Shown here in pieces: positions 47,768 to 55,796 of a stretch of DNA of 64,000 nt. Both the position numbers and the translations under genes were made by a program. Origin of the DNA: Eubacteriales bacterium (lineage in GTDB: Bacteria > Bacillota > Clostridia > Oscillospirales > CAG-272); the NCBI GenBank assembly GCA_045546615.1, contig JAZQDD010000028.1:5626-69625 (forward strand), in the 5' to 3' direction. Numbering within the stretch: position 1 is the stretch's first letter; each line of letters opens with the position of its first letter. Under the pieces are notes generated by a model. It did no database searches, was not told where the DNA came from, and saw nothing but the letters and a program-made list of their open reading frames with translations.

Positions 47768-47834
47768 GGGTGAGTGCCAAATGCATTTTGCATTCGTCTC
47801 ACCCCCGCCTTGCGGTGGGCTATGTATTCTTAAC
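47768..47834. repeat. Intergenic palindromic repeat, copy 1
   Basis: The core gggtgagtgccaaatgcattttgcattcgtctcacccccgc ... attcttaac recurs at 60607-60659. Confidence 0.8.
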
Positions 47835-47879
47835 TAAATTTATACCCGACCGTCCGTTTTATCGGTTTAACTATTGTGA

Positions 47880-49430
47880 TCAGTCCTCTTTCTTGCGAGC
47901 GATCGCTACTGCGCCTGCGGCGAAGGTAGCAACGATTGCAAGAGAGATGCTGGAACCGCATCCGCTGTCCTTGGGAGCAGCGGTAGTGTTAGCAGGAGCT
48001 TTAGTGGTCTCGGGAGCCTTAGTGGTCTCGGGAGCCTTGGTGGTCTCAGGAGCCTTGGTGGTCACATCTGCGGTGGGAGCAGTGGTGGTCTCGCCGCCTT
48101 CAGCGGTGGTAACGTCAGCAGAAGGAGCTGTAGTTACGTCTGCAGAAGGAGCAGTAGTTACATGAGCAGTAGTTAAGTCCGCAGAGGGAGCGGTGGTCTC
48201 AACGAAAGGATCAGCCTTTGCATTTTCCTTAGCGGCAAGCATAGTGTCGATCTTGGCGTCGATAGCAACCTTATCGGCAGTGGTGAAGCCCTTGTTGGTG
48301 GTAGCGGCGATAGCCTGCTCACCGTAAACTTCCATACCGTGGAGGTATACGGAATCGGTAACGGTTACAAGACCGCCGTTAGCGTATCCGTTGAAGGGGT
48401 CGGTGGAAGCCTTTTCAGAGCCGTCAGCCGTCTTGTCACCAACGAGAGTAGCAGCTACTACGCAGTTGGAGATGGTGATGGTAGCGGTGGCAGCATTGCT
48501 TCTTGCGATGATACCGGAAGCGCCGTACTTGGTGCTGGTCTTATCAGAGCCTGCGAGCTTAGTGCCCTCGGAGTCGATTACGGGGTTGTTGGTAACAGTG
48601 CACTTTGCAACGCTGTTGGTGATGGTAATATTCGCATTAGCGTTAACGTTACCGATGATACCGCCGGCATCGTTCTCGGCAGTTACGTTACCGAAGTTGA
48701 AGCAGTAGTCAAGAGTACCCTCAAGGCTGCCGTTAACGTTACCGATGATACCGCCGCCGTAGTTCTTGGTACCGTATACTTCGCCGTAGTTTACAAGGTT
48801 AGCGGCGTGAATGTAAAGAGTGTTAGCATCGCTGTCGTGGCAAGCGTTACCGATGATACCGCCGGCCTGGTCGTCGCAACGAATGTTACCGTAGTTGGTA
48901 AGCTTGTTAAGTACGAGATAGTTATCAGAAGTGGTTCTGCCGATGATACCTGCGATGGGGTCCTGATTGAAGGACGAGGTCTCGTAGGTGTCAACGTAGT
49001 TGGTTACGTTCTCAACGGTGATGGGAAGGTCCTCGGTGCTTCCGGAAGCGAGGTCGATAACGGGGCTTCTGAGCATCTTGAACTCGGTGGGGTTACCCTC
49101 GTCGTCAGTAGCGACTGCGTTGGGGTCCTGCTTTGTGGTGAAGTTCTTGATTACCGCACCTGCACCAACGTCCATGAACATGGTGGAAGAAAGGTAAACG
49201 GTGTGACCGTTGCCGTCAAAGCTTCCGAAGAAGCCCTCTACTGCGGTGTCACAGTAAACGTCAGCGGTGAGCTTGTAGTGACCGTCGCCAAAGCTGTCAG
49301 CAACAAGGAGAACGAAATCCATCCAATCGCTGACCTCAACAACTTCTGCTGCGGATGAGAAAATGCCCATGGGAACGAGCATAGCGGCGATCATCGCGAT
49401 AGCAATGATCATAGAAAGTGTCTTTTTCAT
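47880..49430 (-). CDS. Secreted GLUG-motif repeat protein B (tandem paralog of A) with the same C-terminal tail
   Basis: I prefer the ATG at 49430 (MKKTLSMIIAIAMIAAMLVPMGIFSSAAE). It has AGGIIGN repeats, TTAPSADV and TTKAPE repeats, and a C-terminal ...KDSGCGSSISLAIVATFAAGAVAIARKKED. Confidence 0.8.
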   Translation of the reverse strand: MKKTLSMIIAIAMIAAMLVPMGIFSSAAEVVEVSDWMDFVLLVADSFGDGHYKLTADVYCDTAVEGFFGSFDGNGHTVYLSSTMFMDVGAGAVIKNFTTKQDPNAVATDDEGNPTEFKMLRSPVIDLASGSTEDLPITVENVTNYVDTYETSSFNQDPIAGIIGRTTSDNYLVLNKLTNYGNIRCDDQAGGIIGNACHDSDANTLYIHAANLVNYGEVYGTKNYGGGIIGNVNGSLEGTLDYCFNFGNVTAENDAGGIIGNVNANANITITNSVAKCTVTNNPVIDSEGTKLAGSDKTSTKYGASGIIARSNAATATITISNCVVAATLVGDKTADGSEKASTDPFNGYANGGLVTVTDSVYLHGMEVYGEQAIAATTNKGFTTADKVAIDAKIDTMLAAKENAKADPFVETTAPSADLTTAHVTTAPSADVTTAPSADVTTAEGGETTTAPTADVTTKAPETTKAPETTKAPETTKAPANTTAAPKDSGCGSSISLAIVATFAAGAVAIARKKED

Positions 49431-49479
49431 TTCATAAATTCCTTTCAAAAATTTTTTTGCGAAATTTTGGGACATATTT

Positions 49480-49508
49480 ATTTTACCATTCTTTTTATAT
49501 TTTGTCAA
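49480..49508 (-). promoter_or_regulatory. Sigma-A type promoter for GLUG protein B
   Basis: On the minus strand it reads TTGACA (49508-49503), a 17-nt spacer, then TAAAAT (49485-49480). It is paralogous to the promoter of gene A. Confidence 0.6.
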
Positions 49509-49561
49509 GCAAAAAATAAAAAACGCACGGCGATCCCCCCCTCGCCTGCCATGCATTGGTG

Positions 49562-49599
49562 AAAACCGCCGCCGAAGCGTAGCTCCGACGTCGGTTTTT
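49562..49599 (-). terminator. Hairpin terminator after ftsK
   Basis: The hairpin aaaaccgccg...cgtcggtttt has one mismatch and short T runs on both strands. Confidence 0.55.
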
Positions 49600-49616
49600 C
49601 TTCCTATATTAATATA

Positions 49617-52367
49617 TTAACCAAAATTCCCCGTCACTCTCGGGTCTTGCGCCATCTCCATCTCCATAAGCTGTTGCTTGGTGATGAGAACGTTTCGGGG
49701 CTTTGTACCGTTCGCGGCGGAAACAAATCCGAGCGCTTCCATGCGGTCGATGATCTTACCCGCCCTGCCAAAGCCAACGGAGAGCTTTCTTTGCAGGAAG
49801 GACGTAGCCACCGTGCCGTTATCCACGGCTATGCGCAACGCCTGCGTAAAGAGGGGATCGGCGTCGCGAATGGCGATCTCGCCGGACTCAAGCTCGCCGC
49901 CGCTCTTTTTATCGGACGCGGCAAGGCGCTCCGTCTCGCGCTCGATCTCGGACATGAATTCGCTATCATACTCGACCTTGCAGGAATTTGCCTTGATAAA
50001 TTCGGTAACCGCCTCGACCTCGTCATCGGCAACGAACGCGCCCTGCACGCGCATCGGCTTTGTCGCGCCAATGGGAGCGTAGAGCATATCACCCTTACCT
50101 ATGAGCTTTTCCGCGCCACCCATATCCATAATTACGCGCGAGTCGGTCTGCGACGCGACGGCAAAGGATATACGCGAGGGGACGTTCGCCTTGATAAGTC
50201 CCGTAATAACGTCAACCGACGGTCTTTGCGTACCTATAATTATATGGATACCCGCCGCGCGCGCCTTTTGCGCCAGACGGATGATGGACATTTCGACCTC
50301 GTTGTGAGCAGTCATCATAAGATCGGCAAGCTCGTCGATGAAGATAACGAGCTTGGGCAGGGGGACGAAATCGGGATCGTCCGACGCCATTACGCGGTTA
50401 TACGCATCGATATCTCGCACGCCTACTTCCTCAAGAAGCTCGTAGCGGTGCTCCATCTCGTTGACGGCGGCATTCAGCGTACCTGCCGCCTTTTTCATGT
50501 CCGTAACGACGGGGACTTTGAGATGCGGGAGCTTGTTGTACATACCCATTTCTATCTTTTTCGGGTCTATCATGATAAACTGTACCTCGTCGGGACGCGC
50601 CTTGTACAGAAGCGAGAGGATGATGCAGTTCATGCAGACCGATTTACCCGATCCCGTCGTACCCGCGATAAGCAGGTGGGGCATTTTGGCAATATCGAAA
50701 AATATCATATTTCCGCCTACGTCCTTGCCAAGGCACGCGGACAGGCGCGAGGGCATATTGCGGAACTTTTCGGACTCGATAAGCTCGCGGATAAACACCG
50801 TTGCGCGGCATTTGTTCGGCACTTCCACGCCGACGGCGCTCTTGTTCGGAATGGGCGCTTCAATACGCACGGCAGTAGCAAGCTCGAGCGCTATATCGTC
50901 CGAGAGATTTGCAATAGAGCGCACTCTCGTACCCGATTCGGGATACAGCTCGTATCGCGTGATCGTAGGTCCGCGCGAATACTCTATCTTGTTTATCTTT
51001 ACGTTGAAGGACGCGAGCTTGTTCATCAATTTCTGCGCGTTGGTGCGTAGCTCGGCGGCAACGTCCTCCTTTGACGGATTTTCCACCTCGTGAAGCAGAT
51101 CGATGCTCGGGTAAATGTATGCGGCAAGCTGTTCCGTGCGCGACTTTCGCATCGCAGAGGGGTCTACCACGTCGGGCGCAACGTCAAGTGCGGCGCTGTC
51201 GCCGTCGGTTATCTGCGTAAGCGTAAACTCCGGCTCTCGCTTCTCCTCTGCGGGTGCTTGCGGTACGGGTGCTTGCGGTGCGGGAAGCGGTGTTACGATG
51301 GGGGGTGCTTCCGCCGCGGGAGCGGCTCCCTCGCCAAATATATCGTCAAGCACGCTGTACGTGTCCTCCATGCTCCTTGCGTCCTGCGCCGCACGCACGG
51401 GAGCGGGAGCGATGGGTGTCGGCGCGGCAGGCTCGGGGACGATCTCGCTCACGGGCGGCTCTGCCGGCGCGGCGGGCATGGGGATCGGCTCGGGCGTTTT
51501 TTCTACGCTTCCGCGCACTTCGTCAGATGCAAAATCATATTCTTCAAGCTCGTCCATATCGTCATTCATATCGACGGGTGCGGCTTTTTTATTCTTCCGC
51601 TGGCTTTTTCTGTATTCTTCCTCGCGCTCACGTTCTGTCTCCTCTCGTTCAGCGAGAGTAGCGGCGCGTTTTTCTCTCGCGAGCATAAATCTATATTTAA
51701 TAGCGGTCCACACGTATCTCGGCGTGACTCCGACAAGGAACATAACCCCCACTGCGATAGTGGCGATAAGGACTATCAGCGAGCCGACAAAGCCGATAAG
51801 ACAGCGGAAAAGTCCGCCGAAAAATCCGCCGAGGAAGCCTCCGCCGACAAGCTCAAGTCCGTAGCTCCAGTTGCTTACCGCACTTCCCGTGCCGAAAATG
51901 GACGCGCCCCAATCACCCCAAGTGTAGGTGGTCTCGTTAATGGCGGGAATGGTGCAAACGTGGACGAGCGCGGCGATAAAGAAAAGCATTATCGCGGAAA
52001 GCGTGACCTTCCATACAACCATATTCATATCAACGTATTTACGCCAGAATACAGCCAGATTTATAAGAAATACGGGGATGAGAAACGCGGGCCAGCCAAA
52101 GAAACCGCAAAGCAGATTGCGCAAAAGTCCGCCTATCACGCCCATTGCTCCGTCGATCCTCGCCAAAAGATAGCACGCGGTCAAAAATATCGCGGAAACT
52201 ATTAATATATAAGGAATGAACTGATGCACGAATCCCGAGGATTCGGGGACGGCTTCTATCTTCTCCTTCTTTTTGGACACAGTATTCTTCTTCTCTACAC
52301 CGCTATCCTTCTTTTTGGTAACAGCGCGGCTGTTTGCGGCGGTAGTTCTTTTTTTATTTTCAGCCAA
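49617..52367 (-). CDS. ftsK: DNA translocase FtsK/SpoIIIE
   Basis: It has N-terminal TM helices, a Pro/Ala-rich linker, a motor domain (HLLIAGTTGSGKSVCMN, a FIDELADLM Walker B-like motif) and a C-terminal gamma domain. The apparent TTG start lies 7 nt after aaagga. Confidence 0.95.
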   Translation of the reverse strand: MAENKKRTTAANSRAVTKKKDSGVEKKNTVSKKKEKIEAVPESSGFVHQFIPYILIVSAIFLTACYLLARIDGAMGVIGGLLRNLLCGFFGWPAFLIPVFLINLAVFWRKYVDMNMVVWKVTLSAIMLFFIAALVHVCTIPAINETTYTWGDWGASIFGTGSAVSNWSYGLELVGGGFLGGFFGGLFRCLIGFVGSLIVLIATIAVGVMFLVGVTPRYVWTAIKYRFMLAREKRAATLAEREETEREREEEYRKSQRKNKKAAPVDMNDDMDELEEYDFASDEVRGSVEKTPEPIPMPAAPAEPPVSEIVPEPAAPTPIAPAPVRAAQDARSMEDTYSVLDDIFGEGAAPAAEAPPIVTPLPAPQAPVPQAPAEEKREPEFTLTQITDGDSAALDVAPDVVDPSAMRKSRTEQLAAYIYPSIDLLHEVENPSKEDVAAELRTNAQKLMNKLASFNVKINKIEYSRGPTITRYELYPESGTRVRSIANLSDDIALELATAVRIEAPIPNKSAVGVEVPNKCRATVFIRELIESEKFRNMPSRLSACLGKDVGGNMIFFDIAKMPHLLIAGTTGSGKSVCMNCIILSLLYKARPDEVQFIMIDPKKIEMGMYNKLPHLKVPVVTDMKKAAGTLNAAVNEMEHRYELLEEVGVRDIDAYNRVMASDDPDFVPLPKLVIFIDELADLMMTAHNEVEMSIIRLAQKARAAGIHIIIGTQRPSVDVITGLIKANVPSRISFAVASQTDSRVIMDMGGAEKLIGKGDMLYAPIGATKPMRVQGAFVADDEVEAVTEFIKANSCKVEYDSEFMSEIERETERLAASDKKSGGELESGEIAIRDADPLFTQALRIAVDNGTVATSFLQRKLSVGFGRAGKIIDRMEALGFVSAANGTKPRNVLITKQQLMEMEMAQDPRVTGNFG

Positions 52368-52536
52368 TTTATTATCCTTTCCCGATGTATCGTCTTAGCT
52401 TTGGAATGACATACTAAAACAGCAAGATGTCGACATCGTAAAAATCTATAATTAAAATTATTATATCATATATTCCCAAAAAATACAACACTTAACGAAA
52501 AAACAGGCACAAGGGAATTTTCAAGAGGTTTATCAC

Positions 52537-52917
52537 ATGAAACGTCACAGCTCGATAGCAAAAGATGCGGCAGCCCTTATCCTTGGGGCGGCGGCAGGAT
52601 TTATAAACGGTCTTTTGGGCGCGGGGGGCGGAATACTGCTGGTCCGCGCGGCAAAATATCTTTTTCCCGACAGCTCCTCACAGCCCCGCGACGTTTTTGC
52701 ATCCGCGCTTGCGGTAATGCTGCCCATATCCGCCGCGTCGGTCGCACTTTACAGCCTGCGCGGAAACGCCATACCGCTTGAGCTTCCGCGCTTCGCTCTC
52801 CCCGCCGTCCTCGGCGGCACGGGAGGAGCGATGCTCCTTTCGGTCATCGAGCCGCGCCTGCTAAAGCTGATATTCTCCGCGCTTACGGTGTGGTCGGGAA
52901 TCATGATGCTGCGATAA
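52537..52917 (+). CDS. TauE/SafE (TSUP) family membrane protein, N-terminal half-size unit
   Basis: The 126-aa protein has 4 TM helices, a GAAAGFINGLLGAGGGILLV Gly-rich helix, and an agagg RBS. Confidence 0.7.
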   Translation: MKRHSSIAKDAAALILGAAAGFINGLLGAGGGILLVRAAKYLFPDSSSQPRDVFASALAVMLPISAASVALYSLRGNAIPLELPRFALPAVLGGTGGAMLLSVIEPRLLKLIFSALTVWSGIMMLR

Positions 52918-52938
52918 AGCGGCAGAAAGGTAGCGAAA

Positions 52939-53331
52939 ATGATTGATTTTTTCGTAGCTCTCGGGGTAGCTCTGCTGTCGGGGCTGGGCGTGGGAAGCGG
53001 CGGTCTGCTCGTAGTGTGGCTGACGCTCCGCCGCGGACTCGGTCAGGTCGCGGCGCAGGGGATAAATCTCTTTTTCTTTCTCTTTTCGTCGGGCGCGTCA
53101 ACTGCTGTAAACTGCTTTCGCCGCCGCATCGCGTGGCGGCAGGTCATCCTGCTCAGCATCGGGGGCGTTGCGGGGGCGGCGGCAGGATATGCGGTGCTGA
53201 ATCTGCTTGATCCGTCGCTGTTAAAAAAGCTCTTCGGCGTGATGCTTCTGCTCACGGGCGCGCCCGCCCTGTTGCGCTCTCTATCGCATCTGAAAAAAGA
53301 AAAAACGGAACGCCGAACGAGCGATCCGTAA
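52939..53331 (+). CDS. TauE/SafE (TSUP) family membrane protein, C-terminal half-size unit
   Basis: The 130-aa protein has 4 TM helices and LLSGLGVGSGGLLVV. It is in the same reading frame as 52537..52917, separated by a single TAA plus 21 nt. Confidence 0.7.
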   Translation: MIDFFVALGVALLSGLGVGSGGLLVVWLTLRRGLGQVAAQGINLFFFLFSSGASTAVNCFRRRIAWRQVILLSIGGVAGAAAGYAVLNLLDPSLLKKLFGVMLLLTGAPALLRSLSHLKKEKTERRTSDP

Positions 53332-53390
53332 CACGAATATTTTTACACCACACCATTTATCATTATATCACAAATAAAAACAAATGTAAA

Positions 53391-53427
53391 GAGAAATTTG
53401 GTGTCTTTCACCAAATTCTCTCTTTTC
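53391..53427 (+). terminator. Intrinsic terminator after the TauE pair
   Basis: The hairpin is gagaaatttggtg-tctttc-accaaattctc followed by tctttt. Confidence 0.75.
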
Positions 53428-53464
53428 AATAAAAAAATATTGTAAACTTTGTATAAGTTGTGTA

Positions 53465-53493
53465 TTGCAAATGCCGAAAATATGTGCTATAAT
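53465..53493 (+). promoter_or_regulatory. Near-consensus sigma-A promoter with an extended -10
   Basis: It reads TTGCAA (53465-53470), a 17-nt spacer ending in TGc, then TATAAT (53488-53493). Confidence 0.7.
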
Positions 53494-53499
53494 ATAGAC

Positions 53500-53832
53500 A
53501 CAGGAAAGGAAGGTACGGTCCAATGTACAACTAACCACAAGGCATTCGGCAGCGACGTAAGTTCAAGTGTATCGGGCAGGGAGCAAAAAACCGAGACCTG
53601 AAGGCTGTGACGGCGGATCACAGATTTACGGCTCTCACATTTAAGGATAGATAAGCCCATATCTTAAACGACAAGTCAAGCCCGAATCCAAAAGCACCAA
53701 ACGCCTTTTAAAATCAGCAAAGGCAAGTTAACGAAAGCGAGGTATAAAAAATGATGTTAGATATCAAGGGTGAAGCGAAATGACCCTTGGTTGCGGAGAT
53801 AAAATCCTGCAATCAAGGGTCATTTCTTTTTT
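53500..53832 (+). ncRNA. Candidate independent transcript of about 330 nt (unclassified structured RNA and/or a 10-codon micro-ORF)
   Basis: It is bounded by the promoter above and a strong terminator: gaaatgacccttg...caagggtcatttc plus T6 at 53777-53832. Internal hairpins are ctgtga-cggcgga-tcacag (53604-53622), ttaaggata...tatcttaa (53641-53667) and gccttt-taaaatcagc-aaaggc (53702-53723). The micro-ORF ATGATGTTAGATATCAAGGGTGAAGCGAAATGA (53751-53783) has a GAGG 8 nt upstream. Confidence 0.45.
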
Positions 53833-53867
53833 GCGCAAAAATTTTACACGCTTGAGCCAAAAAGCTG

Positions 53868-53896
53868 TTGAAATCACGCGTGTTTTGTTATATAAT
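53868..53896 (+). promoter_or_regulatory. Sigma-A type promoter for queA
   Basis: It reads TTGAAA (53868-53873), a 17-nt spacer, then TATAAT (53891-53896). Confidence 0.6.
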
Positions 53897-53931
53897 ATAT
53901 ACTGTAAATTTATGTTTTATTAAGGATTGAT

Positions 53932-55008
53932 ATGAGTATTATTATAAACGATAAGCCCGCAACTGACCTCTCTACCGCAGATTTTGATTATTATCTCCCC
54001 GAGGAGCAAATAGCGCAACACCCCCTTGAGCCGCGCGATTCCTCGCGCCTTATGGTGATAGACCGCGAAAGCGGCGAGCTTGCCCACAAGCATTTTTATG
54101 ACGTTATCGACTACCTGCGCGAGGGCGACACGCTCGTTGTCAACGACTCACGCGTTATTCCCGCACGCCTGTACGGTCACGCCGAGGGACGCCCCGAGGC
54201 GGCTGTGGAGCTTCTCTTGCTCCGTCAGCGCGGCGACAGTGAGTGGGAAACGCTCGTAAAGCCCGGCAAACGCGCGCGCCTCGGCGCAAAAATGGTCTTT
54301 GGCGGCGGCGATATGACAGCCGCCGTAGTTGACATCGTCGAGGAAGGCAACCGCATCATTCACATCGATTTCGACAAGAATAAATACGAAAATATCTACT
54401 CAATGCTCTCCGAGGTCGGCGTAATGCCCCTCCCCCCTTACATAACGGAAAAGTTAAGTGACCGCGAGCGCTACCAAACGGTGTACGCGCGTGAGAACGG
54501 CTCTGCCGCCGCACCGACGGCGGGACTGCATTTCACCCCCGAGCTTCTTGAAAAGATCCGCAAAAAGGGCGTTGAGATAGTCCCCGTTATGCTCCACGTC
54601 GGGCTTGGCACGTTCCGCCCCGTCAAGGAGGACAGAGTGGACAGGCACATAATGCACTCGGAATACTTCTCCGTCAGCGAGGAGGCGGCACAGACCATCA
54701 ACAGCCGCCGCGCCGCGGGCGGAAGAACGATATGCGTCGGCACGACCTCGTGCCGCACGCTTGAAAGCGCGTCGGACGAGAACGGAACGGTACGCGCGAT
54801 GAGCGCGGACACGGGCATTTTCATCTACCCGGGATACAAATTCAAGGCGACGGACGCCCTGATAACCAATTTCCACCTGCCCAAAAGCACGCTCCTTATG
54901 CTTGTCAGCGCGCTTTACGACCGCGAAAAAATGCTTAACGCCTACGAGACTGCCGTCCGTGAAAAATACCGCTTTTTCTCGTTTGGCGACGCAATGATGA
55001 TATGTTAA
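53932..55008 (+). CDS. queA: S-adenosylmethionine:tRNA ribosyltransferase-isomerase
   Basis: It has [30 protein letters not shown] and [10 protein letters not shown]. Confidence 0.95.
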   Translation: MSIIINDKPATDLSTADFDYYLPEEQIAQHPLEPRDSSRLMVIDRESGELAHKHFYDVIDYLREGDTLVVNDSRVIPARLYGHAEGRPEAAVELLLLRQRGDSEWETLVKPGKRARLGAKMVFGGGDMTAAVVDIVEEGNRIIHIDFDKNKYENIYSMLSEVGVMPLPPYITEKLSDRERYQTVYARENGSAAAPTAGLHFTPELLEKIRKKGVEIVPVMLHVGLGTFRPVKEDRVDRHIMHSEYFSVSEEAAQTINSRRAAGGRTICVGTTSCRTLESASDENGTVRAMSADTGIFIYPGYKFKATDALITNFHLPKSTLLMLVSALYDREKMLNAYETAVREKYRFFSFGDAMMIC

Positions 55009-55087
55009 AAAAGCAACACAAAATGCGCATAACGCGTTGACAAATTGGATGTAATATGCTATACTAATATCGAAAGGAGTTGATATT

Positions 55088-55369
55088 ATGTCTAAAGTAT
55101 CTACAAACATCAGCATTGATGCCGAGACCAAAGCAAAGGCACAGCTAATGCTTGCCGACCTTGGAATGGATCTGTCCACGGCCGTTAATATTTTTTTGAA
55201 GCAAATGCTCTACGAGGGAGGAATCCCGTTTTCCATCACCAGAGACGTTCCCAACAAGATCACTCTTGAAGCAATGAAAGAAGCACAGGAAATGCTCCGT
55301 TCTCCCGAAAAGTATAAAAAGTATGACAATGTAGACAGGATGATGGAGGACATTTTAGGTGAGGTATGA
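55088..55369 (+). CDS. Type II antitoxin, RelB/DinJ family
   Basis: The ribbon-helix-helix N-terminus is TNISIDAETKAKAQLMLADLGMDLSTAVNIFLKQ. It overlaps the downstream toxin gene by 11 nt. Confidence 0.85.
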   Translation: MSKVSTNISIDAETKAKAQLMLADLGMDLSTAVNIFLKQMLYEGGIPFSITRDVPNKITLEAMKEAQEMLRSPEKYKKYDNVDRMMEDILGEV

Positions 55370-55634
55370 GATCGTCCCTTCAAATCAATTCAAGAAGGAC
55401 TTGAAGCTTGCCCAAAAACGCGGATATGACCTTGATAAAATAAAAAAGGTCATTACGGTTCTTGCGAATGGGGAAATTCTCGCAGCACAATACCGCGACC
55501 ATTTATTGAGCGGCGATTACGGCGGCTATCGGGAATGTCACATTCAACCGGACTGGTTGCTTGTATATCAGATAGACGGAAACCGATTGATACTGTTCTT
55601 GGCCCGAACGGGTACGCATAGCGACTTGTTTTGA
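55359..55634 (+). CDS. yafQ: Type II toxin, YafQ/RelE-family mRNA interferase
   Basis: It has FKKDLKLAQKRGYDLDKI, RDHLLSGDYGGYRECHIQPDWLLVY and RTGTHSDLF. Confidence 0.85.
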   Translation: MRYEIVPSNQFKKDLKLAQKRGYDLDKIKKVITVLANGEILAAQYRDHLLSGDYGGYRECHIQPDWLLVYQIDGNRLILFLARTGTHSDLF

Positions 55635-55636
55635 GC

Positions 55637-55674
55637 TTCACCGATTGGTTTGTGCGATCTTACCAATCGGTGAA
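55637..55674 (+). terminator. Hairpin after the TA pair (weak T tract)
   Basis: The hairpin is ttcaccgattggt-ttgtgcgatctt-accaatcggtgaa. Confidence 0.45.
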
Positions 55675-55796
55675 ATCTTATATAGCGTCAGCGCCGCAGA
55701 CTATATGTTTGTTGAATAAAGACCTTATCTTTGATCAAAGAGCAATGAAGAACTCATTTGCATTACCAAAAAATAAACACTAAATTCGAGAAAAAA

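Noticed and set aside
53500-53832. Assigning the orphan transcript to RNase P RNA, tmRNA, SRP RNA or 6S RNA.
   Set aside because: It has no GAGGAAAGUCC/ACAGAAxxCGGCUUA P4 pair. It has no tRNA-like GGGG 5' end with a CCA 3' end and tag ORF, and no SRP domain IV GGAA/AGCA motif. Its 5' and 3' ends do not pair into the long 6S-type rod. It remains unclassified.
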